Below, piece by piece: positions 12,851-27,031 of a DNA stretch of 64,000 nucleotides; the stretch's first letter is position 1; each line of letters starts with the position of its first letter. Source of the stretch: the human T2T-CHM13v2.0 reference genome, Homo sapiens; the NCBI RefSeq assembly GCF_009914755.1, contig NC_060940.1. One strand, given 5' to 3'. The notes beneath the pieces were generated by a model. It worked only from the letters and a program-made list of their open reading frames with translations. It had not been told where the DNA came from and did not search any database. The translations under genes were made by a program, and so were the position numbers.

Positions 12851-13879
12851 GCCTCCTGGGAGGCATTCCTGAGCTCCTTCTGCATCTTCCCACATTCCTC
12901 CTTTGAGTTACTTGCATTAATAAGTGAGGCCCAGAGGCAGAAGAAATCTTCACCCTCATGTTGGACTTCTGCAACTCTGCAAGGGTGTATTCTGTGTTCC
13001 TCCATTTACCTCTCCTCCAGGGACAAAGGAGGCCCCATTAGGTTTTTCTAGCCAAGAATGTCGCCCTTATCTGGAGAAGATGCAGCCCATGGAGAAAACG
13101 TCTTTCCATTTTCCCCAAAGGTTAAAGAAAAAAAAAATCTAATTCTGCTTTCATTTAAATAGCCAGGAGAATTAGGAACTCAAGATAACCAATCAGTTAT
13201 TTGCTAGTGGAATTTTCCTGGTAAGGAGAAACAGCACTTAGGCCCAAAATGTATACATTTCTTCCAAAATGTCATTCAACATCTATCTCTTTCCCAGATA
13301 GTGACAAACGCTCCATGTTCCTGTCAAAATGCCAGCTTTCAGCACCAGCCTTAATAATAAAAGCCAGATCCAAAATCCAACAGAGAAATTGCAACTTTGG
13401 CAGCAAAGAGCTTATCATCCTGTTTTATTTTAAGATGCCAGGCTAACTTTTCAAACATTTCTTTACTGTTTTCACTTAATTAAAATAAATCATCAGTTTA
13501 CTCCATTCAGTTGAACTTCCTGGAAACCTTTCACTTATACATACTTACGTGTATTTGAAATAGGGGATCCATTTTTCTAATTTTTTTCTTGATTTTTCTT
13601 TCATCTCCTTGGGCTCCCTTTTCCATCTGGAGGAGGGTGGTGGAGAAGAGGGAGCTTATAGCCCAATAACACAGTGAGGTGAAGCTATGAACAATTATCA
13701 ATATTAGTGAGATAGTTATTCATCTTATATTTGCACCTCTCTGAAGAAATTCTGAAAACCTGACAGCATTGGCATGAATTCAAGGTGTGGCAACAGGATA
13801 AAGTAAGGGGACCCTGGAGGGGTGGAGAGAAAGAAAAAGAGGTGAGAGATTGGGGGAAAGGGACTTCTGTAGAGGAATT

Positions 13880-14110
13880 ATTGGGAATTTTTATGTAACA
13901 TACAGTGTCCTAAGTGCTTTACACAAATTATCACATTTTAACCTCTCAAAAACACCATGAGATGAGAACAAATGAGTACACTTCCATTTTACAGATGGGG
14001 AAACTGAGGTCGATTGAAGTTAAGTGACGTACCAAGGTCACCCAGCCATCAGTGACAGAGCCAGGAGTCAAACCTGGATCATCTGACTCCAGTGCACAGG
14101 CTCTGAAGGA
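13880..14110 (-). mobile_element. MIR
   Basis: ccattttacagatggggaaactgagg...aaggtcacccagc. Confidence 0.85.
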
Positions 14111-14879
14111 TCCAGAATGCTCTGAAACATTCCAAGCCGTGTTGCATCCTCACTCAGAAACCCTTGTTCTTCCTGTCATCCCAGGGAGCCCTCCAAGCCC
14201 CACCAGAGTTCCAGAAATCCACACTTTTGGGGAGGCACCAAGCTATGGGGTAGAGTGTCCCACCCTCCTCCTTTTCTACCAGCATCTGGCAACCGTTCTG
14301 GGGAGAATGGAGACAGTGGCTCTTCCTGTGGCTTTCTTTGCTCACAGGGACCTGCTGCCTGGTTCTTGGCAATTCTGCATCTCCACAGCATCCAAGTTTT
14401 CATTGCCTAACACCAGAAATCCTGTGGTCATTGCCATGGCACCTCATAGGCTTCCCTGACCCCTTCCCACTGCCATGCAAGACCTACACAGAGATTCTCG
14501 TCTCTGGAAATATGCCACCTGGACCAGCCCATTATTTCTTTGGCTCAGACCCAAACTCACTCTTCAACCTCCTTCCCTACTGAACACAGGACTCCCTAGT
14601 ACCAAAAACACTCACCACATGCTTATCATGTCTGGGATAGGCACTGCACTCTACAGTTACAAGCACTGCCTAATTCAATTCACCCAACTACTCTTTGGAG
14701 ACACGTTATCTTCATTTACATATAGGAAAATACATAAGATGGTAATTGGCAGAGAAAGAACCCCAAAAGTTCTTAACACTCTTACAAGGGAATTTGCAAT
14801 AATAACAGGAAAATAATAAGTTTTTGGCATTCTTTAGAAAAAGAAAATATTCAAAAAATTAATTCAACTATCTGGTAGT

Positions 14880-15135
14880 AGGTAAGCACCATGAGGGCAT
14901 AGATTTTTGCCTGTTTTGTTCACTGACTTGTCTCAGTGCTAGAACTTGGTTCAGTACATAGTAGATGCTCAATAAAGAACTTTGAATGAATGCTTTGTAG
15001 ACTCTCCTGGTTCATTTATTTTTTCAACAAAACATATATTATGTGTTAGGCTCTGGACTAGGAGCTGGAGTTACAAAGATGAACAAGACATGTTTCCATC
15101 CCACAAGGAGCTCAGTGTCCAATGTAGAAGATAGA
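14880..15135. mobile_element. Two L2 3'-end fragments, tail to tail
   Basis: + copy ends tagtagatgctcaataaagaactttgaatgaatg; - copy ttcatttatt...aaagatgaacaagaca. Confidence 0.7.
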
Positions 15136-15854
15136 CAAATCCAATACAAGCCTCTAGGCTACAGGAAAGCCCAGAGGGGTGTACATATTGTATAAACATC
15201 AACACGCTGGTCTGCGTGGAAGAACAACAGGACATTGCTCAGTGATTCTCTAAGTCAAGCTTTGACTAGCCAAGGTTATCATTCCCCTAAGGAAGCTGAT
15301 CCATCCCTTTGTCATGGACCGAGGGGCAAAGAACAGCTCCAGGAGTTCCAGATGTGTGAGATCCTGCATCCCAGACTGCTGTACCAAAGTCATCTGCATG
15401 GAGAATGGCTGTAAACCTCAAATTTAATGAATCAAGTAGATTGTTGTTTACAGGTGACCAAGAATTATTCAATGGCTGCAGCGGGCAGGAGCTGATAAAC
15501 AGCCCTGGCTTCCCAGGCTGCAATAGTATGTCAGGGCTTTCCCACCTTGCAAATTATGGAAGAACTAAATGCAAATTAGCATAGATGACGAATAGATACA
15601 CACAGACCCTGGATCTTTCCTTTTTCTTTAAGTACCTGCTCTGTAAGAACTTAGAAAAGAAGGCACACCACCAACTCCTGGAATACATAGAAAGGTGGCT
15701 GGAGGGGGAATCTTCCAGCTTACAAATTACTGCAGTGGGGAGACCATGCCTGGGGAGGCCAAGGAAATCCTAAGTAAGAGATTTCCTGTACCCCTATGTC
15801 CTTTACATAAGCCTTATTATTAGCTGTGCATTCAGACATCCCTTTATGCAGAAA

Positions 15855-16140
15855 TCCATTCATTTCATCTGTTCAAAACATAGTTATGTTTACTGAGCTC
15901 CTTCTGTGCACCAGCCACTGTTCTACATGCAAAGGACAGAGCAATAAATTCCTTTGGGAACTTACATTTTGTTAGGAGAGACAGATAAAAATAAAAATAA
16001 ACAACAATAGTAACAAGAGGAACAGGAAGTGATATGCATATGACGATATATGACGTGATATAGAAGGTATGGAGGGGAGTGGGTTTGCTGCTCTGGTTAG
16101 GGTGCCAGGAAAGGCTTTCTAGGGGCTGACTTGTGAGCTG
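15855..16140 (-). mobile_element. L2 fragment
   Basis: cattcatttc...tttactgagctccttctgtgcaccagccactgttcta. Confidence 0.65.
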
Positions 16141-16154
16141 GGAGGTTGCCCTCC

Positions 16155-16480
16155 AGACCTGTCCTGTCTAACACATCCACCACGAGCCACATGTGGCCAC
16201 TGGGCACTTCAAACACGGCCAACCTGAATTGGGGTTGCCATCAGTGTAGAACACATGCGGAATTTTAAAACCTAATATGAAGGAAATAATGTAAAATATC
16301 TCATGAATAATGTTGAATACTGCTCCAATGTTGAGATGACAATATTTTGGATAACTGGGTTAAATAAAATATATTGTGAAAATTCATTTTTTAAAATATG
16401 GCCACTCCAAAATTTAAGATTGCCTCTGTGGCACACATTGGTGGGATGGATGTGTTATACTTTCACCAGATGGTGTTGCG
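16155..16480. mobile_element. MER33/MER3-type hAT MITE
   Basis: gagccacatgtggccactg...gacaatattttggataactgggttaaataaaatatatt. Confidence 0.75.
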
Positions 16481-16638
16481 CCAGTCAGAAGAAAAAAAAA
16501 AAAGCAAGTGCAAAAGCTTGACGTCTTAGAGAAACGGAAAGTGTTCATTCTGGCTCTGCCACTTATTGGCTGTGTGAACTTGGGAGGTTCAGAGTGAGCA
16601 AGCTTTGGCAGTGAAAAGCAGGGAAGGAATGTGTGAGA

Positions 16639-17471
16639 CACCTGTTAGAATGGCTTTTACCAAAAGACAAATGATAACAAGCGTTGGCGAGGGTGTACAG
16701 AAAGGGGAATCCTTGCACGCTGTTGGTGGGAATGTAAATTAGTACAGCCATTATGTGAAACAGTATGGAGGTTCCTCAAAAAATTAAAAATAGAACTACC
16801 ATATGATCCTTCAATCCCACTACTGGGTATATTCCCAAAGGAAATGAAATCAGTATATCAAAGAGATATCTGTACTCTGTGTTCTCTGCACTATTATTCA
16901 CAATAACCAAGACATGGAAGCAAACCTAAGTGTCCATGAACAGATGAATAGATAAAGAAAATGTAATATATATTACACAATGGAATACTATGCAGCCTTA
17001 GAAAAGAAGAAAATTCTATCATTTACAACAGCATAGATGAGCCTGGAGATTATGTTAAGTAAAACAAGCCAGACACAGAAAAACAGGTACTTCCTGATCT
17101 CACTCATATGTAGAATTTTTAAAAGTTGAACCAATAGAAACAGAGTAAAATGGTGATTACCAGAAGCTGGGGGGTGGGGGAGTTGGGGAGATGTTGGTTA
17201 TAGGATGCAAAAAAAGAAACAAATTAGTTAGACAGGTGGAATAAGTTCAAGAGATCTGTGGTGCATCGTGGACACTATAGTTCGTAATGATATACTGTAT
17301 CCTTGAAAATTGCTAAGTGTTCTCAACACAAAAAAAGTGGTAAGTATGTGGGATCATGCATATGTTAAAAAATATGATTTAGCCATTCCCCAGTGTAGAC
17401 ATATACCAAAACATCACAGTTTACCCTGTAAATATAGACAATTATGACCTAATAATTTTAAAAAATAAATA
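16639..17471 (+). mobile_element. 5'-truncated L1 (L1MA-type) 3' end
   Basis: ORF2 end plus 3'UTR (tgttggtgggaatgtaaattagtacagcc); TSD aaggaatgtgtgaga/aaggaatgcatgaga. Confidence 0.9.
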
Positions 17472-17918
17472 AAGGAATGCATGAGAAAATGTGTGTGCAT
17501 TAAGGACTCCATCTCACCTACAGTGTCATACTGAAATAAAGAGTGGAGGTGGTGGTGGCCCTCATGGCTGTGATGCACCCCTCGCTTCTGGAGACTACGA
17601 GACTTGTCTGAAGTCACTTGCTGGTCTTCCTTGGCTGCCAAGACTTCTCCCCCTCAGACCACAGGTGTGTGTGTCCGTTCCCTCCATCTTCCCCAGCACA
17701 GGCTCCTGACAGGAAAACCCCTGAGCTGACTCACCCAGCCCCACCCCTGATGCTGTTACAGCCTTTCTCGGCTGCTGTAGCTCTTTCTAGATGTGAGCTC
17801 ATTGAAAAAGACTAAGGCCAATTTTCCTCATCAGAAACTTGGGCGGTTTTATTGCTGCATGGGTGTCTGGCTGGGAACAGAATGAACTTGTCCAGCCTTG
17901 CTTGAAAATGGCCTTCTG

Positions 17919-18282
17919 TCATGGAGATAGAGGGTAGAAGGATGAGTACCAGAAGCTGGGAAGGGTAGTGAGGGGGTGGGGAGGAGATGGGGATGGTTAA
18001 TGGGTACAAAATAGATAGTTAGAAAGAATGAATTAAGACCTAGTATTTGATAGCACAATATGGGGACTATAGTAAATCGTAACTTAATTGTACATTCTAA
18101 CATAACTAAAAGAGTATAACTGGATTGTTAACAGGAGGGACGAATGCTTGAGGGGATAGATACCGCATTTTCCATGATGCGAGTATTACACATTGCATGC
18201 CTGTATCAGAGCGTCTCATATACCCCATAAATATATGCACCTACTATGTATCCACAAAAATCAAAAATAAAAATAAATAAAA
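17919..18282 (+). mobile_element. 5'-truncated L1MA2/3-like 3'UTR
   Basis: ggatggttaatgggtacaaa...ataccccataaatatatgcacctactatgta; A-rich tail; TSD about atggccttctg/atggccattctg. Confidence 0.88.
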
Positions 18283-18978
18283 GTATGGCCATTCTGAACT
18301 AGCTGATATAAAAGGAAAAAGTTTCCCAGAGAGGCTTCCTGATGCCTCTCCAATAGGGGTGGAAGCGGGGATGGGCGACGTGGGCCCTCCATGGTGACTT
18401 TGCCATGGATTCAGAATCCCCTGCCAAGTCTCCTCTCCTTTTTGTGCTCAAGAGCTTTTGGTGTCTATGGCAGTCAGCAAAATAGGGATAATAATACAAC
18501 TAACAGGGTTGTTGTGAGTTTTAAATGAGATGCTCAAAGGTGCCTAATGCACAGGAAATACTCAATACACTTTATTTTTATTTTATTTTAGCATTATCTT
18601 CTCCATTTCCTCTCTCTTGAGAGGAAGGTTAGACTCATCTCTGACCAATCCAGAGAGAGCTAACATAATTCCCCAGAAAATTAATATTATTCCTCCCCAT
18701 GGCATCATGGATGTTGAGAGCTGCAGACAATGTGGAGGTCTCTGCCCCAGGCTGTCCCTCTTCATTCAGAAAATATCAAAGACCACCTGTCTCCAATGGC
18801 TTTCTATGGTGAGGATACTCTATCCTGCTCTTTATGGATATTATCTATTAATTTCCCCATTTGACAGAAGGGGAACCTAAGTCTAAGGGATCATGTGACT
18901 TGCCAAGATCCCATGAATAACTAACTTGTTACCAGAACTGGGACTCCAAAGTAAGCATTTTAAACATTCCATTCTTGA

Positions 18979-19220
18979 GATGGGTGCAGTGGCTCATGCC
19001 TGTAATCCCAGCATTTTAGGAGACCGAGGTGGGAAGATTGCTTGAGGCCAGGAGTTCAAGACCAGCCTGGCCAATGTGGCAAAATCCTACACTACAAAAA
19101 TTTGCCAGGTGTGGTGGTGCATGCCTGTAATTCCAGCTACTTAGGAGGCTGAGGCACGAGAACCCCTGAACCCAGGAGGCAAAGGTTGCAGTGAGCCAAT
19201 ATCATGCCACTGCACTCCAG
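18979..19220 (+). mobile_element. Alu (J/Sz-like), 3' end and tail missing
   Basis: Both arms present; stops at cactgcactccag directly against a MIR. Confidence 0.9.
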
Positions 19221-20253
19221 TTAGCATTTATTGGGTGTGTGTTGGCTGCCATACTTTCTTTGAAAAGCTCCCTGCATATTAACTCAGTCAATCCTGATTT
19301 TGATCTTGTGAGGGAGGTACTGTTACGTTCCCACTTCCTAGGTGAGGTATTGGAGACTCAGGTCACTACTTTGTCCCCACAAGCTAATAAATGAGAGACT
19401 GGTACCTATTATAACTGATGCCAAAGCCCTGGCATCCTCTTTCCTCTTAGGAATTGCATAATCTGTATTCCTACGAAGATCCATGAGCCTAGCGGGTGCA
19501 ATGGTACATTCAGCCCTGTAACCAGTGGTTATGACTTGGACAGCTCTGTCCCTCTCCACTCAGCAGAGCCCACTGCCAATCCCTGGAGCTGAGGAGGCAA
19601 GCACACTATGGCTGTCACCCTGAAGATGCCCCAAAGTCTGTAGACAAGACAAACCCCAGTCTGGAACAAAAGCTGGCTGCGAATGATCCATCAGCATTCC
19701 TAAGTAGGCCACGCTGCGCCATTCACAGTTCCCTCCTACCGTACGTGATAAGCTGTGACATATGGTGTTCATTTACGCCTCCATTCCCGCAGAAATATGG
19801 CTGGCACCATCAATTTCCCTGTTTGTGCTGTGACCCACTGTTCCTGGGTTAAGCAGCCTGCCTTGTCTACATTTGTCAGTTGATACAAGCTTCTCCCTGC
19901 CATAGGCACCACTATTGATGAACGTCGTCAGAATATGGAACTTTGAACAATGTATAAAGGATTCCACATGCAAAGTCTCCCCAGGAAGAGGTGGGGTGGG
20001 TGGGGGTGGGGAGAGGGAGTGTTAGATGTTTTCTCTGTTGGAGTGCCTTCATTTACAAAGCATATTTTTCAAGTCTTTTGCTAAGAGTAATGCCATGGAG
20101 CAGCCTCCCATCATTCTTGTTAATAGGACTGTCTGTGTGTTACAGTAAACAGCTATAACTCTTCTGTTGGAGCCGTTGTGCAGCAGGCAGAGTTTGTTCA
20201 GTATCCAATTAAGGGTGTCTCCAATTTGCCAGCCAGGATCATGAGAGCTGTGA

Positions 20254-20688
<435 letters not shown>

Positions 20689-20789
20689 TCTGCTCTTCCT
20701 CAAAGGCCACCAAATCATGCCAGCTAACTGTGCAAAGATGTTAGCCTGATAGTCAAAGCTCTTCCCAGACTCTTATAAACATAGAAGAA

Positions 20790-20990
20790 CATAGCGGTTA
20801 AGAACATGAGCTCTGCAGCAGGATTACACGGATTCCAATCTCAGCTCAGCCACATACTAGCTGTGTGATGTTGGGTAAGTTACTTAACTTCTTTGAACCA
20901 TGTTGTCTCACGTTTAAAAAGGGACAAATCATAGCACTGGCTTCATACAGTTGATTTGAGAATCAAATGATGCATGATACACATTTAAAC
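20790..20990 (+). mobile_element. MIR
   Basis: gcggttaagaacatgagctctgcagc...tactagctgtgtgatgttgggtaagttacttaac. Confidence 0.85.
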
Positions 20991-22198
20991 CACCACTACC
21001 CTCACATCATCGTCATTTACTAGGCTTGGATACATCTCGTTCCTCACCTCTCTGTGTCCAGTTGATTAGTATTCATCTTTCAAGCTCCATCTCAAATTCC
21101 ACCCCCTGATGACTGTAATCAACAGGGACTCTTCTCTCCATTAATAGCCATAGTGGAGGAGTGGGGACTTACCATGTACCACGTCCATACCTGACTCTTA
21201 TAACTACCCTATAAAGTAGGTTCTATCTCCTTATTTTACAGATGAGAACATTGAGGCCTAGGGCATTTCAATAGCTTGCCAAAGGGCTCATCATTCTCGG
21301 GTAACAGGATGAGGCCAGACACCAAGGATCCCTGGATCCATGCCCTACTCTCCACACTTGTCTTGGGTCTATGAAGCCCCCAGTCCCAAGGTAAGTCATG
21401 TCATTGTGGAAATTAATTGCAACCTTTCATGATTGTCCGATCCCATCTATGGGTTTCAAGGAAGATTATGAAGTCCTTAGAACCACAATGTGTCTAATTT
21501 TTATTCTGTATTTTATTTATTTTTAAATGTCTGAGATGCTGAGAACCTGAGATATCACTCATCTCATCTTCCTGAATTTTATGAACTAAGAAGCGAAAGC
21601 TCACCCAAAGCCATTTATAGAGTCTATGGAAAAAGAAGGACTAGACCCTGGATTCCGTGATTTACAGGTTTTTCTTCTCCTAATTTTCAATCCACTCCAA
21701 AACATGCAGAGAGATGACCTTAGCAAAGATGTTTATTAGTGTACGTTGGTGCTGTTGTTTCGGGGAGGGGGTCGGAAGGTCTTGGAATCACTTCCTACTG
21801 TGTAATCTGCAAGCTTCCCACTGCGTCTTCCTCTTCCTCTTTGCTTTTTCCAGAGATATAAAGGGTGGCTGGTGCCATTCTTCCAAAAGGAAAGCTGTCA
21901 TCTTTACTCACTCAGTCCTCAGCAAACTATCTGAGCACTATTTTTGTGCCTCATCTGGGAGCTGGGGAGTCAGTGATGGGCAAGATATGGTCTTTACTTG
22001 CAAAATTCCCATAGCACATTGGAGAAGAAAAAACAGCAATCAGGTATGTGCGCTACAGGGGGGTGCATGCTGCAACCACCAGCATCAACAACAACATGCA
22101 TTGAATGCTTCATGTATATCAAGTGCTCTCTCTCCTAAGAGATATGAATGCATTAACCCCATTTACTCCTCAAGACTAGAAACAAACACTTTATAATT

Positions 22199-22613
22199 TG
22201 CTACGGACTGAAAATTTGTGTCCCCCTAAAATGTATATGTGGAAGTCTTAATCCCCAATGTGATGATATTTGGAGGCGGGGCCTTGGGACATAATTGGGG
22301 TAGGGTGAGGTCATGAGGGTGAAAACCCCATACTGGGATTGGTGCCCTTAGAAAGGTATAAAGGGACTGGAGCATGCAGTTTCTCTCTCTCTCTCTCTCT
22401 GTTTCTCTCTCTCTCTCTCTCCCTCCGCCGTATGAGCACGCAGCAAGAAAGCGGCTGTGTGGCAACCAGGAAGACAGCCTTTATCAGAATCCAGCCATAT
22501 TGGTGCCCTGATCTCAGACTTTCCAGCCTCCAGAACTGTAAGAAATAGATGTTCACTGTTTAAGTGCCCCAGTCTATGGTATTCTATGATAGCAGCCCAA
22601 ACTGACTAAGACA
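22199..22613 (+). mobile_element. MLT1A LTR with internal (CT)n, inserted in a MIR
   Basis: tgctacggactgaaaatttgtgtcccc...gcagcccaaactgactaagaca; TSD taatt/tcatt. Confidence 0.88.
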
Positions 22614-23429
22614 TCATTTCTTTTATCAGATGAGGAAACCAATACATAGAAAGACTTTTAAATTTTCCCTAAACAATGGAAGTACATGCTAAGTGCAATA
22701 GGGGTATGTAGAAAAGAGTGTTCAGATTTTAGGGAGATTTCCAGAAAAGGCCTCTTCATGCTGGAGATGGCTTTTTTTAAATAATGGAAGGGAGTTCCCA
22801 AGGCAATGGTTGAGCAGTGGAGTGGGAGCCCAGGTAAGAGTATGCAGGTGGTAGAAACAAAATATTCTAAGACAGACGGGCACAAAACAGCATGGCTTAT
22901 TTGGGGAACTACAAGTACCTCTATGTTGCTGATGCCTGATGTTCTAGAGGACACATTTCAAGGCAGGAACAAGCTGAGGGCATATCTCAACCTCCCCTTC
23001 CTCAGGGGCACTCATCCTTCATCCCTTTAGCAGTTTTACTCAGCATTTGTTCTAGGATGCCAGGCTGTGAGGTAAGACAGGTAAGTGAGACTCAGCCTCT
23101 ACCCTCAGAGTTCACAATCTAATGGGAAAACTAAATTATCATAAAGATAGCATTACAAATGCAGTGCTTGACATATGCCTGGAGCACTATGAGACTGTAG
23201 GTGAGAAGCAACGAAAAGAGGACAATCCGGAGAAGGTAGCAGCTGTGCTGTCTCTTAAAGTCTGACCAGGTAGTCCAGGTGTTCCCTGTGTTTGAGGTCA
23301 AGGGGCAGCAGGAGAAGATGCAACAGAAAAGCACACAGCACGAGCAAAGCCACATAGCTGAAAAACAGCTATCACCTGCAACAGCTTCTGCTGCTACAAT
23401 ACCTGTACTCCTCTTAGATTTTATTCCAG

Positions 23430-23935
23430 TATCAGCCAACAACGTGATCTGACAGGACAGTCCCAGCCCTAGGAAATGAACTATGATTCGTGCAGACCGA
23501 TCGAAGTCATACCATACAGCGATGGATTTGGGCATGTGGGCCAGTTGGGATCAAGGGAAAGGAAGCATTTCCATTTTGATCAATGGGGGGATTCTGGGAA
23601 AGTCTTCTGCCCGTAAAAAGAAACAAGCCAGGAAAAACGTCCCCTTCCTCCCTGTAGACATGGCTATGAACGGCAGGATGCCTGAAACTGTCCAGGCTTG
23701 TTATGATGGAGAGACACACTGCACAGGGTGGGGGAAAGGGGAAATATACCCTAAGAATGGTAGACCAGAAAGATGTAAAGCATCTGTATCCTTGTTGAAA
23801 TTATAGTGCCTCCCAATTAACATACCTAGAACTGTTTACCTCTGGACATTTCATTATGTGAGATATTAAAGACCTGTGTATTTGAAGCCTCTGTTGGTCT
23901 GAGTCATCGCTTCCTTGCAGCCCAAAGTGCCGTGT
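23430..23935 (+). mobile_element. Old MLT1 (I/J-like) LTR
   Basis: ggattctgggaaagt...tttgaagcctctgttggtctg...ttgcagcccaaag. Confidence 0.55.
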
Positions 23936-24511
23936 CAGTGAGAAACTACAACCAGCAGAGGGTGGCTAAAAACGAAGGTGGTTGTGGCTGGTGGGGTTAG
24001 GCTGGGTATAAGGAAAGTTCATACTTTAAAAAAAGTTTTCTTACAAGGTCAGCAGAGAGAATTTTGCAGGGGAGTGCGGGGCTGCAGGAAATGGAGGTTT
24101 AATGTTTGCGTAAATTGAAAGAAGGAATCTACTTGGAAATGAGAAAAAGCAAGATTAAAATGGAAAACACAGCCCCAAAGCTATTAATACCCAACAGATC
24201 TAAATTGAAAAATAAAAGCGATGGGTGAAGCATATAGTTCTCAAAATGAATTCGTGTCATAAACCATTAACATCAGCCCTACCTTATTACCTGTAATTCC
24301 TGAGAGACGGGTTGCAAGCAGTGCCCAGCGGACATCTAGCTGGAGATCGGCAAGAGCTCTGCTCCCAGGCCAGCCCAGGTCTCTCTTCTCATGACACCTG
24401 CTCTGAGCATCATTCCCTCACCCCATTCTGGGGCCCAGTGGAACCCCAATGCTGCCGTTGGCCCAGAGAAGACCTCAAACGTCAGCAAGTGCTATCGCTA
24501 AGAAATTCTGA

Positions 24512-24826
<315 letters not shown>

Positions 24827-25059
24827 TTTTTTTTTTTTTAATATACCCCCCAGCAGCACTTCAAAGGTGTTCTGTCCGTATTAATGCACATTAGTGTTGA
24901 TGCTCCGGCCTACCACTGGGTCTTAGTAAATGTCACCTAAACCTGGGCCACTTGAAGTGGAGATGTGGGCTGGCGTGCTTCCTAATGATCCCCAAGGCCT
25001 CGCTCCACCAGCACCCACACACATCAGCATGTTAGAGCCCTTAGCCTCGGGTATATCAC

Positions 25060-25280
25060 TATATGCTGTGATAATAACGATCTGCACTTTGGACACAGAT
25101 GCAGATTTAAATCTCAGCTCTGCCACTTACCTGCTGTATGACTATGGCAGTGTCTCAGAATCCCTGAGCCTCACCTTCATGGTCCACACAATCCCAGAGT
25201 GTGGAGAATTAAATGAGAAGCTCTACGAACATGTCCAGCTCAGTATGTAGCATGCAGTAGGAGCCCAGTCAATGTTGATT
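25060..25280 (+). mobile_element. MIR
   Basis: aaatctcagctctgccacttacctgctgtatgac. Confidence 0.8.
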
Positions 25281-25599
25281 TTCCACCACTAGTCTCCCAA
25301 ACCCTCCTGACCCCTTCTCAGCTTACTCCTCCTGCTCTAGAAAGCGTTTGGGGTCAGTAGAGTGCTCAAGAAGAGATCTGACATTCAAATGTGACGAATT
25401 ACCAACCTTGAAGGTTTATGCTCTTTGTAAGTTGGGAGGATTCCTTGTAGAGGGGCATCTCCAGCAGGTTTGGAAGACCGTGTGTCATCTGCACAGGAGA
25501 CTCAGGGTGTGTCCACAGTATAGTCATGACTTTCGCTCATCAGTTGAAGGCTGGCCCTTCTTATGTGCTCAACTTTATTTGCCCAGTGAACAATTCCGG

Positions 25600-25900
25600 A
25601 GTATTCTTCAACTGGGAGGAACTTCCATTAGCAATCTACCTCCACAATACATCCCAAACTCCTTCACCACCGCTGTGCTAATCCTAGGCACTCTCTTGCC
25701 TCATGTGCAGTACTAAATAGCTCTTTAACTGGTCTCTGCTTCTACTATTTCCCCTACTACGATTCACTACTACGCAGCAGCCAAAGCCACACTTTGTCAA
25801 CCCACTGCTCATAACTCTGCAACAGTGTCCCCTTGCATTTAACAGGAAATCCGAAATCTTCAATTGGCCCAAACATTCTTGAATGGTCTCAGCCAATCTT
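25600..25900 (+). mobile_element. L2 fragment
   Basis: aatagctctttaactggtctctgcttctact...cagcagcca. Confidence 0.65.
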
Positions 25901-26183
25901 GTCTCTTGCTATTCTTCTAGACGGCACTTCTTGGTCTCTTTAAGTTGCAATTTCCTCGTCTGTAAAATAAAAAATGATGCTGGCTAATGCTGATAGCAGA
26001 TTAAACAGGATAAAACACAAAGCATATTGCATGGAGCTAAACTTCCCCCCTTAGGCTGGGGGTTTTCAAAAAGCAGCTCTTTAGCCAGCAAATGGGCTTT
26101 GTTTTCCATAGATGGGCACCCTCTCCTCCACTCAAATGGGGCTCTTGGCCAACTTGTTTCTCCCTGTCTCTGCCATTCATGCT

Positions 26184-26186
<3 letters not shown>

Positions 26187-26222
<36 letters not shown>
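26187..26222. repeat. (AC)18 microsatellite
   Basis: Perfect AC run. Confidence 0.97.
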
Positions 26223-26225
<3 letters not shown>

Positions 26226-26761
26226 TAGCCAGGCATGCTAGATTAGCTCCAGGAGACTTAAGTGTACCCTAAGCACCAAGCCATCAGCAGCAAATGGATG
26301 TCCCTTGCACAGATCTGCAGTGCATATTAACAGGCCACCACCTCCCTCAATGTTCCAGGATGTGTCTCCTTACAAGACTTCTACTTGGAGTACCAGCGCC
26401 TTCTCCCACAAGGTACCCCTAGCAGCCAGCACAAGACCACACACTGCTCACCTGCTGGCCCCACCGTATCCTCCAGGATACTAAACCAGGTCTGTCTGTG
26501 TTGCCCAGAGTGACCACAAAAAAAGGTTCATGCACCTCTTTGCCTACATCTGGAACCTGAATCCCCGATTTTTTGGCTCAGGGCCCAGGAAGTGCCTCAA
26601 ACAAGCACAGTTAATCTATCACCGATCTTGGGGTTGGGAGAGCTCTTAAATTCTTTCTTCAACCTCTCTACCAAATGTGAAGTTCAGTGAATTCTTGAAG
26701 ACGAAAGCCCCATGTTCAGAGTACTCAGTCCAGCTTTAGGCATTTCTATCCATTAGGTAAT

Positions 26762-26994
26762 GGGTTTTGGGGGTTTGGGTTTTTGGGGTTTGTTTGTTTG
26801 TTTGAGACAGGGTCTTGCTCTCCTGCCCAGGTTAGAGTGCAGTGGTATGGTCCCGGCTCACTGCAACCTCGACTTCTTGAGCTCAAGAGATCCTACCTCC
26901 TCAGCCTCCTAAGTAGCTGGGACCATAGGTGCATGCCACCACACCCTGCTAATTTTTAAAATTTCTGTAGAGACAGAGTCTTCATGTGTTGCCT
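26762..26994 (-). mobile_element. AluJ, 5'-truncated, with G/T-rich decayed tail
   Basis: gagacagggtcttgctc...gctcaagagatcctacctcctcagcc. Confidence 0.85.
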
Positions 26995-27031
26995 GTAGGC
27001 CATTCTTGACAATACCTAAAATTTGCTTCTT

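Noticed and set aside
21388-21396. Perfect splice donor AAG|GTAAGT (also CAG|GTAAGT near 23078)
   Set aside because: No convincing paired acceptor; isolated 9-mers are weak evidence
21714-22196. 160-aa ORF
   Set aside because: Runs through antisense L2 and MIR fragments; composition is not protein-like
26762-26787. G4-like GGG(T)n motif
   Set aside because: Decayed Alu tail with 3-5 nt T loops; no sign of function
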